A stretch of 64,000 nt of DNA, taken from assembly GCA_032718475.1 (NCBI GenBank), contig JAUCBJ010008884.1:32670-96669 (forward strand). Reading direction: 5' to 3'. The notes under the pieces are model-generated. The model was not told the origin of the DNA, did no database searches, and worked only from the letters and a program-made list of their open reading frames with translations. Each line of letters begins with the position of its first letter. Position 1 is the first letter of the stretch. Positions 62,287-64,000 of the stretch are shown here, piece by piece. The position numbers and the translations under genes are program-made. Origin of the DNA: Nemertoderma westbladi (lineage: Eukaryota > Animalia > Xenacoelomorpha).

Positions 62287-64000
62287 ATGTCTGATACTAA
62301 GCAGAACCTGTCAGACAGTTTATTAGATGTAACTATCTGCGACTCAGATAGAGACGTACAAACGTCTGGTCGTAAATCCAGTTCACCTCCCACTGTGAGG
62401 AAGGTCATCCCTCCAGTAGTAATAACAGAACCTAGGCTAGTCCAACATCGTAGGTCTATCATAGGCACTCGAGCTCAGGTCAAGCGGGACCAAAAGGCAG
62501 CGGAACAGCAACAACCCGCTAGTCAAGAACTTATTCCTCAGCGGCCCAGCAGCTCCAGTAGTGAGGATACTGTAGAGCTGACACCAGAGAGCGGAGCAGA
62601 GATGACGGATGCGGTTTATACGGATCCCCTTCTCATCCTTCCTGCAGCCGTGCTCGCTGGGTTATTGATCGCGGTGGAAGAACACCAGATCGATTGGGCG
62701 AGAAGTCAACGGTCAACTAGAGATAGCTACGCGGGCTACACTAGTGAAGAACTGAAGTCTATTGTCGAGTCGCAATGGAACTTCCCCGGACCCGGACTCC
62801 CGTTTGATTTATCAGAAGCTGCCTGGGAAGACATACACCGGATGGGAGTAGCCAAGGAAACCATCGATCCAGCTGTGTGGAAGAGGTCCGCAGCCGGATA
62901 CGCACAGGGATTCTTCAGCTCTATGGAGCGAATAGAAAAGCAACTTTTTCAACAACCTCAAGGACCTCAAGAGCAGGGATCGCTGCTTTATCAAGTTAGA
63001 GAAAGAGTTCTGCGGATTAGGCTAATCTTATCCGCCTTTGAGGAGGCTTCTAAAAGAAGGCAAGACACGTCGTTGCAAGTTGCCGTAAAGACTTGGTTTC
63101 AACGGGTGAGTTGCCAGGTTCAAGGAGCAGCTCAGTGGAAGGCTCAGTTGGAGGAGCGCTCAACCCATGGAGAATCAACAGACGCTACTTTTTCCCAAGT
63201 GGAAAGTGAAGCGACGGCAGAGAAACCGCATAAGAAGGATGCCATTGATATCTATCTGTCAGACTATCAGCGTTTTGTGGGAGATGAAGAGTTGAGGAGA
63301 AGGCTAGAGGGACTTAGCCCTAATAGTGAAGGAGCCCAGCGTGTGTTAGATGCAATTGATGTGGATAGGTTAGCGGCGAACCAAGCTAAATTCGATGAAC
63401 AACTCCGCATCGCTAGAGAAAAGGAAGAACAAGTAAAGAAAAAACGTATAGAAGACAGAAAGGCAGCGGCAGTAGCAGCAGCAGTGGCAGCTGCAGAAGC
63501 AGAAACAAAGGCGGCAGCGGCAGAGGCAGCGGCAGAGGCAAAAGCGGCAGCGGCAGAGGCAATGGCAGAGGCAAAAGCGGCAGCGGCAGAGGCAGCGGCA
63601 GAGGCAAAAGCGGCAGAAGCAGAAAGAAAGGCGGCAATGGCAGCGGCCGAAGCGGAAAGAAAGGCGGCAGAGGCAGTGGCAGAAGCAGAACGGAGGGCAT
63701 CTGAAGAGGCAACCCAACTAGAGTTGGAAAATCTTCAAGAGAGGCAAGACAACTTCAATAAACAGTTAACAGCGAGCAATATGCAGATGATGAGTCGATC
63801 TACTCCCAAAAGACAAGGGTATACCTCATCTGAGGAAGGCGATACCACCGACACTGAAGGCGGAAGAAATCGATCTCGCCTAAGCAGACGTAAAAGAACA
63901 TTCCACCGGCAGAAATTGCCTGATTTGCCTCCAGCTGTTAGAAGGCAACTAAATAACACCAACTTAGGTAGTACAGAGCCCACAGACCAAATAATTACAA
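62287..64000 (+). CDS. gag: Gag of element D, N-terminal ~571 aa (runs off the window)
   Basis: Hand translation MSDTKQNLSDSLLD...RLVQHRRSIIGTR...DAIDIYLSDYQRF matches A Gag. No stop was seen, and the ORF is absent from the track, consistent with running off the window. Confidence 0.9.
   Translation, partial: MSDTKQNLSDSLLDVTICDSDRDVQTSGRKSSSPPTVRKVIPPVVITEPRLVQHRRSIIGTRAQVKRDQKAAEQQQPASQELIPQRPSSSSSEDTVELTPESGAEMTDAVYTDPLLILPAAVLAGLLIAVEEHQIDWARSQRSTRDSYAGYTSEELKSIVESQWNFPGPGLPFDLSEAAWEDIHRMGVAKETIDPAVWKRSAAGYAQGFFSSMERIEKQLFQQPQGPQEQGSLLYQVRERVLRIRLILSAFEEASKRRQDTSLQVAVKTWFQRVSCQVQGAAQWKAQLEERSTHGESTDATFSQVESEATAEKPHKKDAIDIYLSDYQRFVGDEELRRRLEGLSPNSEGAQRVLDAIDVDRLAANQAKFDEQLRIAREKEEQVKKKRIEDRKAAAVAAAVAAAEAETKAAAAEAAAEAKAAAAEAMAEAKAAAAEAAAEAKAAEAERKAAMAAAEAERKAAEAVAEAERRASEEATQLELENLQERQDNFNKQLTASNMQMMSRSTPKRQGYTSSEEGDTTDTEGGRNRSRLSRRKRTFHRQKLPDLPPAVRRQLNNTNLGSTEPTDQIIT

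Larger units (their letters stand above)
58904..64000 (+). mobile_element. Element D: BEL/Pao-type LTR retrotransposon related to A, 5' part only
   Basis: LTR, 5' UTR and gag N-terminus are clearly homologous to the reverse complement of A. It lacks insertion B. The left flank predicts a TSD of GAGAT. Confidence 0.94.

Overview
Eukaryotic (probably animal) heterochromatin-like window with no host genes. About 38 kb is a head-to-tail 45-bp satellite with multi-kb internal duplications. Four retroelement insertions interrupt it: (A) a 19.8-kb BEL/Pao-type LTR element on the minus strand (6773-26559; 1194-bp LTRs; TSD TAGTG) encoding Gag plus aspartic protease and only scraps of RNase H/integrase; (B) a different BEL/Pao-type Gag-plus-protease element nested in A's 5' UTR (15632-23272; 551-bp LTRs; TSD GTGTA); (C) a 5'-truncated RTE-like LINE (27515-28457); and (D) a diverged relative of A on the plus strand (58904 to the window end). 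Main observation: none of the three LTR elements has a canonical TGG tRNA primer-binding site. In each, the 9-11 nt directly abutting the 5' LTR are the exact reverse complement of a segment inside the element's own LTR, and between A and D both partners carry the same two compensatory substitutions. This suggests tRNA-independent self-primed reverse transcription in BEL/Pao-like elements, a mechanism I know only from the Tf1/sushi group of Ty3/gypsy elements. All comparisons were made by eye, without alignment or database tools.
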